Source: Methanobacteriota archaeon (lineage in GTDB: Archaea > Hydrothermarchaeota > Hydrothermarchaeia > Hydrothermarchaeales > JACRDW01). Taken from it: DNA of 52,486 nucleotides. Where the stretch lies: NCBI GenBank assembly GCA_043820925.1, contig JBDRDL010000057.1:1-52486 (forward strand), written 5' to 3'. Of the stretch, positions 43,010-51,881 are shown piece by piece; the first letter of the stretch is position 1; every line of letters begins with the position of its first letter. Position numbers and translations under genes: made by a program. The notes under the pieces are model-generated. The model saw nothing but the letters and a program-made list of their open reading frames with translations. It searched no databases and was not told the origin of the DNA.

Positions 43010-43327
43010 GTGTTAGAAAAAATCAAAAAGTGTTTCGTAGAAGACAGAGCGCTGTACACGAAACACGCCAAGATAGAAATGGAAACAGAAGAATTCGGCG
43101 AGATATCCGAAAAGGAGGTTTTCCAATCGGTACAAAGCGGTGAAGTAATAGAGGAATATCCAGATGCAGAGCCCTACCCATGCTGCCTGATTTACGGAAG
43201 AACCAAAAGCAACAGACCGATACACTCCGTCTGCGCGTACTCTGCCGAAGACGACCTTGCAATCGTGGTAACAGTTTATGAGCCAGATGTTAAAAAATGG
43301 ATTGATTACAGGAGAAAGGTAAAATGA
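43010..43327 (+). CDS. DUF4258-domain toxin-like protein
   Basis: From the GTG at 43010 the translation is LEKIKKCFVEDRALYTKHAKIEM..ISEKEV..GEVIEEYPD..PCCLIYG..RPIHSVCAY, the DUF4258 pattern. It overlaps the zinc-finger partner by 4 nt. Confidence 0.6.
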   Translation: MLEKIKKCFVEDRALYTKHAKIEMETEEFGEISEKEVFQSVQSGEVIEEYPDAEPYPCCLIYGRTKSNRPIHSVCAYSAEDDLAIVVTVYEPDVKKWIDYRRKVK

Positions 43328-43560
43328 AGTGTGTCGTGTGTAAGAGTTCAGACATTGTTGAAAAAGAAGTCGAAGAAGAAATCAAATTAAATAGCGACAT
43401 CGCTCTTTATCCCGTTAAAGTCAAAGTCTGCAACAGCTGCGGCGAGCGGTACTACGACAGAAAGACGATGCAGCTGCTGGAAGGTGTCAAAAATAAACTA
43501 AAACAGAAAAAATTAAGGCTGGAAGTCGTTGGGAAGGTTCTGAGGGTTTTGGCGGCTTGA
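43324..43560 (+). CDS. YgiT-type zinc-finger (MqsA N-terminal-like) antitoxin
   Basis: 78 aa with CVVCKS..CNSCGERYYD (CxxC-x32-CxxC). It is the only intact copy of three in the window. Confidence 0.7.
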   Translation: MKCVVCKSSDIVEKEVEEEIKLNSDIALYPVKVKVCNSCGERYYDRKTMQLLEGVKNKLKQKKLRLEVVGKVLRVLAA

Positions 43561-43565
43561 GCGTT

Positions 43566-43703
43566 TTACTATTTTTGTGCTCTCGCCTTTCTCTGGTTTT
43601 CTGAAAACATATAAGTGCTCGTGTGCTATGAGATAAAAATTATAGCTCTTGCCCCTCCACATTTCACGCATGGATTTCAGAATCTCAGGAGAGATGAATT
43701 CTC
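43566..43703 (-). pseudogene. methyltransferase 3'-end remnant, copy 4
   Basis: It translates to EFISPEILKSMREMWRGKSYNFYLIAHEHLYVFRKPEKGES.., and the natural stop is lost. It lies between the zinc-finger gene and the last gene of the AT-rich operon. Confidence 0.5.
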
Positions 43704-43762
43704 TCTAACAAAATCATTCGACTGAACGTGAGACAACAACTTCTAAAGGCTGAAAAATGATT

Positions 43763-44521
43763 TTACTTTAAAGCGAGTAGTTGATTACCAAACTTTTTTT
43801 CGATATATATTCCACCTCTATCGGTTAATCTTATTACCTCGCCCCTATGAATATACCTTTCTTTTTCGGCTCTTTCGCATAATACATGGATATTGGAATA
43901 ATGAACTTGTTTTTTTAAGTAAGCAGTTGATTTTCCTTCAGGATTAACGTAGAGAATGAGCAACAATTCATCCAATGGTTTAATTTTAGGGTCAAGAACC
44001 AAAGTATCTTCGCCAATTTTCTGGACAAGCGGAATTTCTCTCTTTAGTAAATCATTAATAATTACTTCAATTTCTCTTTGGGGTTTTATATGAGTACCTA
44101 TTCTGATAAATTCTGCTATTATCCACTTTGCTGTTTTAACGATAAGGGAAGTATCAATGTAATTAGGATCTACCTCTGATTTATGAACCAACCCTCTTTT
44201 GCTCCTTATGGTTTGAGTCGCAAAAAGCAATCGAGGAATAATAAGCCTTATTGATTCGGGAAGTTGCGATTCATTTTCAATCTTCTTCATAGTTTCGTTA
44301 AGGTTAATCTTATTAGCATCAGGTATTTTGCTCCATGCTAATAAATGAAGGATCTGGATAGAAGTCTCTACAAACTTAGTGTATTCACCTCCAACGTCTT
44401 CGTAACGGCCCAACCTAAAACGTTGTAATATATTTAAAAAATGTTTTGCTAGTTCTGACGCTAACTTTTCGTTATTTATAGTCTCATTTAATAGATCTCT
44501 TAGGTCTTCTAAACTACCCAT
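43763..44521 (-). CDS. hypothetical protein P4: helical HEPN/DUF4145-like N-domain plus C-terminal winged-helix domain
   Basis: 252 aa on AT-rich sequence. It has a single R-x6-H string (RSKRGLVH) in a helical N-domain. The C-terminal segment LLLILYVNPEGKSTAYLKK..ERYIHRGEVIRLTDRGGIYIEKK looks like a wHTH. Both assignments are weak. Confidence 0.6.
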   Translation of the reverse strand: MGSLEDLRDLLNETINNEKLASELAKHFLNILQRFRLGRYEDVGGEYTKFVETSIQILHLLAWSKIPDANKINLNETMKKIENESQLPESIRLIIPRLLFATQTIRSKRGLVHKSEVDPNYIDTSLIVKTAKWIIAEFIRIGTHIKPQREIEVIINDLLKREIPLVQKIGEDTLVLDPKIKPLDELLLILYVNPEGKSTAYLKKQVHYSNIHVLCERAEKERYIHRGEVIRLTDRGGIYIEKKFGNQLLALK

Positions 44522-44569
44522 TAACTGATACCCCTTTACTTAAAACATAAGCATAAAGACATATTCATT

Positions 44570-45070
44570 CTAAGCACTGGCCAATTCTCTTATTATCTCT
44601 AACCCTTTCTTCTTACCTGGCAAAGTTATTTTATAGCAGAAGTTAGGACTTCCTGGTTCTCCTTTTGGAACAATAAAATTAGCAAATTTGGCTAAGTTCG
44701 TGCTAAGATTATTTAATGATGAGATGCCCAACTTTTCTAATTTTTTCCTAAGTATTTTGGATTCTATAATGTCTTTTCCATAGCAATAATCCAAGGCAGT
44801 AAGAATACAAATAGTCGCCCTGCATTGCTTTTCTGCTTCGTTACCTTCTATTGCAGCGATGAGGTTCAAATCTTCCTCTTCAAAATCAAAAACGTGCTTT
44901 AGTTGCTCTTCAGTAATGCCCGCATCTGCAGCAAGTTTTTTTATTCCTTGATCTAAGCTTACCTCTACTGGTTTTAATTGTCCTCCTTTTGCTAATGCTT
45001 CTAATTCTTTTATTCTATCGTCATGTTTTTTAAGAATTTTAAATATCTCATCTATTTTTTGCTCTATCAT
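44570..45070 (-). CDS. hypothetical protein P3: coiled N-terminus shared with P2, C-terminal winged-helix-like domain
   Basis: The ATG at 45070 forms an ATGA overlap with the P2 stop. The N-terminus KIDEIFKILKKHDDRIKELE parallels P2 SIDINKILENHEKRLSKIEE. The C-terminus is ILRKKLEKLGISSLNNLSTNLAKF..YKITLPGKKKG. Confidence 0.6.
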   Translation of the reverse strand: MIEQKIDEIFKILKKHDDRIKELEALAKGGQLKPVEVSLDQGIKKLAADAGITEEQLKHVFDFEEEDLNLIAAIEGNEAEKQCRATICILTALDYCYGKDIIESKILRKKLEKLGISSLNNLSTNLAKFANFIVPKGEPGSPNFCYKITLPGKKKGLEIIRELASA

Positions 45071-45399
45071 TTTCTCACCACATACTTCCAACCATTTCCT
45101 TCCTTAACCCTTGTCAATATTTTCTTTTTTTGCATAAAGTTAACACTTAATAATTTATCCGTGGATTTGGAAGGATAATGATACCCCTCTCTTGTCAATT
45201 CGTTTTGGATTTCGTTAACAGATTTGGGCGTATTAAGAAATCCATTATCTATTAAAAGTCTAATACCGCCACTCAGTCCAGTGTAGTCTGCGGGTTTTGA
45301 AACTTTCACTTTCTTAGAGAAAATAACCTCTTCAATTTTAGAAAGTCTTTTTTCATGGTTTTCTAAAATTTTATTAATGTCAATAGATTTCTCTTCCAT
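45067..45399 (-). CDS. hypothetical protein P2: paralog of P1 (C-domain) and P3 (N-segment)
   Basis: 110 aa. The C-domain GFLNTPKSVNEIQNELTREGYHYPSKS..KKKILTRVKEGNGWKYV aligns with P1 GFFDKPKSLVEIKNALEEQGYYYPITT..KKNLGRIKQDKRWLYV. Confidence 0.6.
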   Translation of the reverse strand: MEEKSIDINKILENHEKRLSKIEEVIFSKKVKVSKPADYTGLSGGIRLLIDNGFLNTPKSVNEIQNELTREGYHYPSKSTDKLLSVNFMQKKKILTRVKEGNGWKYVVRK

Positions 45400-45403
45400 T
45401 CCC

Positions 45404-45778
45404 CTACCTCTTTACATATAACCATCTTTTGTCTTGTTTTATTCTTCCTAAGTTTTTCTTCCTTAAAATATTAAGGACGACGCCTGAGAGCGTAGTAATC
45501 GGATAGTAGTACCCTTGTTCTTCTAATGCATTTTTTATTTCTACTAATGACTTTGGTTTATCAAAAAATCCTTCTTCCCTTAAAGATAATATTAAATCGG
45601 TTGCTTTAGACGTTTTCTTAGTTTCTTCTTGGGCTTTCTTTTTTATTGTGGGTTGCACTTCTTTGACTTCCTCTCTTTTTTTTATAAGTGACACGATCGA
45701 TGCAACTTCTTCTTGCGTACCCTCTATAATGATTTTAGTCCCTTCTTTAGTTTCTATATTTGCCTTTGGCGTATACAT
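45404..45778 (-). CDS. hypothetical protein P1: small N-domain, Lys/Glu-rich linker, winged-helix-like C-domain
   Basis: 124 aa and the first gene of the operon. A TATA-like element and direct repeats lie just upstream. Confidence 0.6.
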   Translation of the reverse strand: MYTPKANIETKEGTKIIIEGTQEEVASIVSLIKKREEVKEVQPTIKKKAQEETKKTSKATDLILSLREEGFFDKPKSLVEIKNALEEQGYYYPITTLSGVVLNILRKKNLGRIKQDKRWLYVKR

Positions 45779-45794
45779 TCACCTTTTAATAATG

Positions 45795-45824
45795 TGATAA
45801 TATGATAATGTAATATATAAACTT
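45795..45824 (-). promoter_or_regulatory. candidate promoter/operator of the P1-P4 operon
   Basis: On the minus strand, TTTATATATT (45815-45824) is followed by the direct repeat ATTATCA-T-ATTATCA (45795-45809), 17-31 nt upstream of the P1 ATG. Confidence 0.4.
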
Positions 45825-46052
45825 TTTGGTTATTCTTTACACCAAAACCTTTAATAGACAAGTGAATGTTTATAGGAAGCATACACCTTCAAAGGGGCCA
45901 AGATAGTAGGAAGATATACATACGCACTGACGGCAAAAAGGAAATATCCAAATCTCGGAGAAGGATTACCTAAACAAGGGCTTCAAAAGTTTCGTCTTAA
46001 CAATAATCCTTTCAATCGATAATATTTTAATAACAAAAAGTTAGAAAAGGAG

Positions 46053-46562
46053 ATGGAAATGGTAAAGAGTTTCGCACAGCGGCTTGAAGAAGCAAACAGC
46101 TTGGCAGACATTTTCGAGTTGGTCAAGGAAGGTGTTCGCAAGGTTTACAAGACCGGGAGAGCAGGGCTTAGCTTGGGCTTGGCTGAGATAGTAAGCCAGG
46201 AGAATCATCTTATCGGAGCATTCTATCCCTTCGGCTCGAATATAATTGTCATGAACAAAACGCCTCTGAAAAAGATTGGCGAAACTGATCCGAGGCTCTT
46301 CAAACCCTATGCATTTCACATCCTGCTCCATGAATATCTGCATGCATTAGGAAATATCGACGAGGAATACACCAGAAAAATAGTTTATCAGATAAGCCTT
46401 GAGCTGTTTGGAAGGCGTCATACTGCGACGAAGATGGCGAAAGACCTGAACAAATTCCTGCCAGAGTTGGCTTACTCTCCTCTAGATTTCCAGCCTGCTG
46501 AGCATCTCCAGATAGAGTTAGTCCAGGATTTCGATAAATCCAGCATTAGCTATATTCAATAA
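46053..46562 (+). CDS. putative zinc metallopeptidase-like protein (HExxH)
   Basis: 169 aa with a single HEYLH motif in a helical context. GC returns to the window average here. Confidence 0.5.
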   Translation: MEMVKSFAQRLEEANSLADIFELVKEGVRKVYKTGRAGLSLGLAEIVSQENHLIGAFYPFGSNIIVMNKTPLKKIGETDPRLFKPYAFHILLHEYLHALGNIDEEYTRKIVYQISLELFGRRHTATKMAKDLNKFLPELAYSPLDFQPAEHLQIELVQDFDKSSISYIQ

Positions 46563-47636
46563 TCACTCTATTTTCGCTGGTATTAAGCCCTTCTTTTTAA
46601 CCCAGAAATAGGCGAGCCATGTAGATGCCAGGGTTGCAACTATCAGTAGTGTGACATACCACGTAACATCTCCTGCTCCGAGGCTGAAAGGATTGCCGAA
46701 GATTGTTGCAAGAGTATTTGGCACGAGAATTGCTGTGCCGAGAATGGTAAGCCACGTTATAACAAATGCCATTCTATTATTTAATACCTGCAATTGATTG
46801 TTATAAATGCTCTGGAGAACCTCCAGGCCGCTGGCGAGTACTTCGCTCATATGTTCGCTCAATGCAATGTGGCGATTTATGTCGCCTGCAAGCAAGCCAA
46901 ATTTCTTCAGCAATTTTTGGTTGTCTGTAATAATTTCGGCATCGCCGTGGCGCAGCGAATTTATAACGTCAAGGCTGGCCCAGAGTATATCGAGATAAGT
47001 TATTAACGCATGCTTCATGTTGTAAATCTCAACGCCCAGAAGAGCCCTAGGGGTAGTCGGGTCTAGGAGATTTTTTGATATTTCATCGCCCTGCTCCTCT
47101 ATGCTCCGCAAACCCTCGAAGTTCTTTTCGTTGTCCTCGTCTATTATTCTGGTCAGCACTATCGAAAGCCTGTCGTTCCAGGGCAGCTCTGGAGGTATTT
47201 TTTTCAGAAAAATCTCTGCGTATCTCGAGAATTTAACCAGGCGCTTAACTTTCTCGCTGTGAATCGTAAGGACGAGATTCTTTCTAAGGAGAATAAGCAG
47301 GGGGTTGATTTCGATTTCAAGCTTATTAACCACAACTGCAGGCATCATCAATCCAAGGCTGCTTCCCAGGTCCTCGTAAGAGGCGATGTGACTCGAGAGC
47401 AAGGTGGGCACTAAATTCGGCTCGAAACCGAGCAGGACGCTCACCTTCTCTGCATCTCGATTGACGTCTTCTACAGTGCAGTTAATCCAGGTTATTAGGG
47501 AGCCGTTTATCAAAGGCAGGAAGTTAGCTACGTTGCTGTCCTGTATTTTGACAGGCTTACCGGGAGCCGGCATCGTAACGCAGAATGCCTGCTTTATCGC
47601 AGGTTTCCTTTCCTCTGTTAAAATTTCGCTGCCCAT
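46563..47636 (-). CDS. corA: CorA-like divalent cation transporter family protein
   Basis: 357 aa with a large soluble N-domain and two C-terminal TM helices. The loop reads IFGNPF where CorA normally has YGMNF. Confidence 0.65.
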   Translation of the reverse strand: MGSEILTEERKPAIKQAFCVTMPAPGKPVKIQDSNVANFLPLINGSLITWINCTVEDVNRDAEKVSVLLGFEPNLVPTLLSSHIASYEDLGSSLGLMMPAVVVNKLEIEINPLLILLRKNLVLTIHSEKVKRLVKFSRYAEIFLKKIPPELPWNDRLSIVLTRIIDEDNEKNFEGLRSIEEQGDEISKNLLDPTTPRALLGVEIYNMKHALITYLDILWASLDVINSLRHGDAEIITDNQKLLKKFGLLAGDINRHIALSEHMSEVLASGLEVLQSIYNNQLQVLNNRMAFVITWLTILGTAILVPNTLATIFGNPFSLGAGDVTWYVTLLIVATLASTWLAYFWVKKKGLIPAKIE

Positions 47637-47692
47637 CGGGTAACTAAATTAAGTTTAACATGCTTTTATATATTTAGATAAAAAGGTAAATT

Positions 47693-49459
47693 ATGCGGAT
47701 AGCGGTTATTGACTTCGATGTATGCCAGCCGAAAAAATGCGCCAAAGAATGCATAAAGTACTGCCCTGGCATAAGAATTGGGGACGAGACGATAGTTTTT
47801 GGTGAAGAGAAGGGCAAACCGGTAATCTCTGAAGAGCTCTGCACAGGCTGCGGAATCTGCCCGAAGAAGTGTCCCTTTAAGGCTATCTATATCGTCGGTC
47901 TGCCTGACGAATTGAGGGAAGACTTACTCCACCAGTACGGGGAGAATGCCTTCCGCCTTTTTCGACTTCCTTACCCCAGGGACAGCGCAGTTACTGGATT
48001 AATCGGGCAGAACGGCATAGGAAAGACAACAATAGTAAGGATACTGTCCGGAGAAATTGTCCCAAATTTTGGAGATTTGGAAGAGGCAAGCAAAGAGAAG
48101 GTTTTGGAATACTTTTCGGGCACGCAGTTTTACGATTACTTCGATGCTTTATATAAGAAGAGCATAAAAACTGCGCACAAACCGCAGTATGTCGATGCAC
48201 TTCCGGAGGTAGCTGAAGGAAGCATTAAAGCTCTTCTGGAGAAAATCGATGAAAGGGGAGAGCTCCGCAACCTTGCAAAAAAAATGGAGATTGAAAATAT
48301 TCTAGAGCGCAACATAAATACGATTTCTGGCGGGGAGCTGCAGAGAGTTGCAATAGCTGCGTGCCTGGGAAGAGAGGCTGATATTTACATACTCGACGAA
48401 CCCTCGAGCTATCTCGACGCAAGGCAAAGATTAAATGTCGCTAAAGTGATTCGAGAAGTCGCAGAGAAGAAAAGGGTGCTCGTGGTTGAGCACGACCTAA
48501 TAGTTCTGGACTACCTCGCAGACTATGTAAATATGATGTACGGCAAGGTAGCAGCCTATGGAATAGTTTCGCACCCGAGAACTGTGAGGCAGGGGATTAA
48601 CGTTTATTTGGGCGGCTATCTGCGAGAAGAAAATATCAGGTTCAGGACAGAGCCTGTGAAATTCGAGATAAGAGCGCCTTCCCAGGCATGGGAAAATGAA
48701 GTGCTGCTAAAATTTGAGGATTTAAAAAAGAGCTACAATGGATTTAGCCTCGAAGTAAAAGGAGGGGAAATAAATAAAGGAGAAGTAGTCGGAGTGCTGG
48801 GACCAAACGCTACCGGAAAAACTACTTTCGTTAAAATGCTTGCAGGAGCGATAAAGCCTGACGCTGGCAGCGTGGACGTAAAGGCTAGGGTATCTTATAA
48901 ACCGCAGTACATAAAGCCGGAATTCGGGGGCAGTGTTTCGGAAGCTTTGAGCAAGCTTTTTGAGCTCGGCGACCCGTTCTTTCGATCTGAAATCGCAAGA
49001 CCACTAAACTTGGAGCATCTTTTCAATCGAGCTCTAAACGAGCTGAGCGGCGGGGAGCTGCAGAGGGTGGCAATCGCTGCGTGCCTGGGAAGAGAGGCTG
49101 ATGTATATCTCCTGGACGAGCCTTCTGCTTATCTTGATGTTGAGCAGAGGCTCAATGTTGCGAGGATGATTAGAAAAGTCATGGAGAAGAAAGGCTCGAC
49201 AGGAATAATAGTCGACCATGACATACTTTTCACAGACTATATCTCAGACAGGCTCATGATATTCCACGGAGTGCCCGGAGTTAATGGATTCTCGACCAAA
49301 CTTCTTGGAATGAAAGAAGGAATGAACGCATTTCTAAAAGATATAGGAGTAACTTTCAGAAGAGACCCCGAGACCGGAAGACCGAGGGCAAATAAAGAGG
49401 GAAGCCAGAAGGACAAGGAGCAAAAGTTGAAAGGCGAGTATTACTATGAAATGCCATAA
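47693..49459 (+). CDS. abcE1: ribosome recycling ATPase ABCE1 (RNase L inhibitor homolog)
   Basis: It has an N-terminal 4Fe-4S ferredoxin-like domain (CxxCxxCxxxCP) and two ABC cassettes (GQNGIGKTT and GPNATGKTT, each with LSGGELQR). Confidence 0.9.
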   Translation: MRIAVIDFDVCQPKKCAKECIKYCPGIRIGDETIVFGEEKGKPVISEELCTGCGICPKKCPFKAIYIVGLPDELREDLLHQYGENAFRLFRLPYPRDSAVTGLIGQNGIGKTTIVRILSGEIVPNFGDLEEASKEKVLEYFSGTQFYDYFDALYKKSIKTAHKPQYVDALPEVAEGSIKALLEKIDERGELRNLAKKMEIENILERNINTISGGELQRVAIAACLGREADIYILDEPSSYLDARQRLNVAKVIREVAEKKRVLVVEHDLIVLDYLADYVNMMYGKVAAYGIVSHPRTVRQGINVYLGGYLREENIRFRTEPVKFEIRAPSQAWENEVLLKFEDLKKSYNGFSLEVKGGEINKGEVVGVLGPNATGKTTFVKMLAGAIKPDAGSVDVKARVSYKPQYIKPEFGGSVSEALSKLFELGDPFFRSEIARPLNLEHLFNRALNELSGGELQRVAIAACLGREADVYLLDEPSAYLDVEQRLNVARMIRKVMEKKGSTGIIVDHDILFTDYISDRLMIFHGVPGVNGFSTKLLGMKEGMNAFLKDIGVTFRRDPETGRPRANKEGSQKDKEQKLKGEYYYEMP

Positions 49460-49477
49460 ATTTCTGCGGGTGTAAAA

Positions 49478-49960
49478 ATGCAAATCGCAGTAATAGGAAG
49501 CGGAAAAGCGAGAGGAAAGCTGTACAGGATGGCAGAGGAAATTGGAAAAGAAATAGCCAAGGCTGGAGCAACGCTTGTGTGCGGGGGCTTGGGAGGAGTT
49601 ATGGAGGCGGGCGCAAAGGGAGCGAAAAAGTATGACGGAATAACCGTCGGTATTTTGCCAGGCTTTGAAAAAGAGGAAGCGAACGAATATATCGATATAA
49701 AGGTAGTAACCGCAATGAGTCATGCGAGAAATGCGATAATAGCAAGAAGCGCAGATGCGCTAATTGCGGTCGGCGGTGAACTCGGTACGCTATCCGAAAT
49801 ATCTCTCGGTCTGAAAGTAGGCAAGCCTGTAATAGTTATAAAAGGCTCAGAAATTGCAGAGCTGCTTAAAAATCTTAAAGTAAAAAACTTGCACTTCGCC
49901 GAGACCGCAAGAGAGGCGGTCGAAACTGCAATCAGAAACCTTTATATAAGCACGAAATAG
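49478..49960 (+). CDS. TIGR00725-family (LOG/SLOG-like Rossmann) protein
   Basis: It contains IAVIGSG..GATLVCGGLGGVMEAGAKGA..GILPG..AVGGELGTLSE. Confidence 0.7.
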   Translation: MQIAVIGSGKARGKLYRMAEEIGKEIAKAGATLVCGGLGGVMEAGAKGAKKYDGITVGILPGFEKEEANEYIDIKVVTAMSHARNAIIARSADALIAVGGELGTLSEISLGLKVGKPVIVIKGSEIAELLKNLKVKNLHFAETAREAVETAIRNLYISTK

Positions 49961-49973
49961 GATTTAAACGCAT

Positions 49974-50825
49974 ATGGTATCGCTGGATGAGCTTTATTCT
50001 TCAATTTATACGTACCTGCAGGAAGCATACCCATTTGTAGAGCCGTATATAAACGAAGCGTACGCCTATCTCTACGTTCTAGCCGAGCAGTACGGCATAG
50101 GCGTGGAGTATTTGACAGCCGGCATCGGGCTTGCTGTATTTCTGTTTTTGGTGCTTGTCCTTTGGCTCTGGATGAGGAGAAGGAGAGCGCAGGAAGCTCT
50201 GAAGCTTATAACAACGAGGGGAATCAGCGTTACGACCAATGAGGTAATTATAAAAAGCGAGGGCAAGCCGGAGTTCGTTGAAAAAACCACCCTCAGCTTT
50301 CCGAAGAGCGATAAAGTGCAGATAGAAATGGGTGCAGATAAAATGATGGTATCGCTTCTGGAAAAGGTACCCAGACCCATGGTTACGAAAAAGGGAATAG
50401 AGGTGCCTGCGGTAAAGCCTGCTGAGGCGAAGCACATGGAGGCTGTGGTCGAAAGGAAAATACCTGCTGTGGAAGTGATAGAAATAGGGAAGGCAAGAGA
50501 TATAAGCTCTGCCATAAAGAGCATCACAAAAAAGTATTCCCTTGATTCCCTGACCATGATAAATGCCAGCGGGTTGTTAATCGGCTCCTCGAGCAAGGCG
50601 CCGGATACAGACGCTGCGCTGGCTACTTCTCTTCTGCCCAAGATAGAAATGACAGACAAGGTAACCATTACTGAAATCGAGGACGAGGGAATGAAATATC
50701 TGTTTTCCATTCCCTGCAAAGATACCCACATAATCTCTTTCTTGAAAACAGATAAACGATTCGACGCCGCTACTCTAGGCTTGCTGGAAAATGATTTGAA
50801 AGCCAGCATCAGCTTGATTTCTTAG
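49974..50825 (+). CDS. single-pass membrane protein with C-terminal roadblock/LC7-like domain
   Basis: 283 aa with one TM (GIGLAVFLFLVLVLWLW). The C-terminal ~100 aa (LTMINASGLLIGSS..MKYLFSIP) resembles roadblock/MglB folds. This is weak. Confidence 0.45.
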   Translation: MVSLDELYSSIYTYLQEAYPFVEPYINEAYAYLYVLAEQYGIGVEYLTAGIGLAVFLFLVLVLWLWMRRRRAQEALKLITTRGISVTTNEVIIKSEGKPEFVEKTTLSFPKSDKVQIEMGADKMMVSLLEKVPRPMVTKKGIEVPAVKPAEAKHMEAVVERKIPAVEVIEIGKARDISSAIKSITKKYSLDSLTMINASGLLIGSSSKAPDTDAALATSLLPKIEMTDKVTITEIEDEGMKYLFSIPCKDTHIISFLKTDKRFDAATLGLLENDLKASISLIS

Positions 50826-51834
50826 GAACGTATATGCAGTACGGCTCTTCGGCCATATAATCGCCGAATTTTGCATAGGCGCGAGCTCTGCAGCCTCCGC
50901 ATATAAATCTGTACTCGCAGGCGCCGCACTTTCCCTTCAGCGCTTTTCTGTTTCTTAAATCCCTGAATAATTTCGAGTTTTTCCATATTTCTTTGAAGGG
51001 CTGCTCTCTGATATTCCCAGCCCTGACTGGAAGATACCCGCACGGATTAACCTCGCCTGTTCTCGAGATGAAAGCAAAAAATGTGCCTCCCATACACCCG
51101 CTCCTTGAGGCATCTAAATCTCTGCCCCCCTGCTTTCCCCTCTGGCGCAGCACTCTGACAAAGTGCGGTGCACACGTAGCCTTCACAGGCATTTCCCAGC
51201 CTATGTCGCACATCCAGTTCAGCACCCGCTCATAATCGTCAGGGGATATCTCCTCATCCTCTATCACCTTGCCTCTTCCAGTAGGCACAAGCAAAAAAAT
51301 GTGGTGAGCAACTGCTCCTAATTTTTGCGCTAGTGCATGGATTTTCTCGAGTTCCTGCAAGTTGCGCTTGGTAACCGTCGTGTTTATCTGGAACTCGAGC
51401 CTTGCTTTCTTGCACGCCTCTATCCCTTTCAGCGCCTCGTCGTATGCCCCCCACATACCCCTGAACTCGTCATGCTCCTCTGCGTATGCGCAGTCTATGC
51501 TTATGCTCACTCTCTTTACGCCTGCTTCGACAAGCTTTTTCGCTATCTGCGGCGTTATCAGCGTTCCATTCGTGCCAACGACGACTCGAAGACCTTTTCC
51601 AGTTGCATGTCTTGCTATCTCAAAAATATCCTCTCTAAGCAATGGCTCTCCGCCGGTGAGGATTAACACGGGCTTGCAGAAGGAGGCGATATTATCTATT
51701 GTGCTTTTTATCTCCTCTGCAGAAAGTTCGTTAGGGTCACGCACCTGAGAAGCAGATGCCCTGCAGTGAGCGCAGCGCAGATTGCAGCTCCCGGTAAGCT
51801 CCCATGCTATCAGCTTGGGCAAAAATTCGTGCAT
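50809..51834 (-). CDS. ahbD: NirJ-like radical SAM/SPASM enzyme, tentatively heme b synthase AhbD
   Basis: It has LIAWELTGSCNLRCAHCRA, LTGGEPLLR, HIFLLVPTGRGK and a SPASM Cys cluster GKCGACEYRFICGGC. It is unlinked from the ahbABC-like operon by 42 kb. Confidence 0.6.
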   Translation of the reverse strand: MHEFLPKLIAWELTGSCNLRCAHCRASASQVRDPNELSAEEIKSTIDNIASFCKPVLILTGGEPLLREDIFEIARHATGKGLRVVVGTNGTLITPQIAKKLVEAGVKRVSISIDCAYAEEHDEFRGMWGAYDEALKGIEACKKARLEFQINTTVTKRNLQELEKIHALAQKLGAVAHHIFLLVPTGRGKVIEDEEISPDDYERVLNWMCDIGWEMPVKATCAPHFVRVLRQRGKQGGRDLDASRSGCMGGTFFAFISRTGEVNPCGYLPVRAGNIREQPFKEIWKNSKLFRDLRNRKALKGKCGACEYRFICGGCRARAYAKFGDYMAEEPYCIYVPKKSS

Positions 51835-51881
51835 GCAATTAGCATTAAAATTGACAAAGGAAAAAAATTCGGAATCAACTT

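Noticed and set aside
45850-46040. A 48-codon open frame without a start codon (EAYTFKGAKIVGRYTYALTAKRKYPNLGEGLPKQGLQKFRLNNNPFNR*) between the AT-rich operon and the HExxH gene, considered as an integrase or transposase remnant marking the island border.
   Set aside because: It has no recognisable family motif, no start codon and no repeat partner. That is insufficient to call a pseudogene.
50072-50809. 245-aa ORF antisense to almost the entire 49974-50825 gene.
   Set aside because: The Ser/Thr/Phe-rich shadow frame has no motif. The plus-strand product has a plausible TM helix and a folded C-domain and fits the local operon direction.
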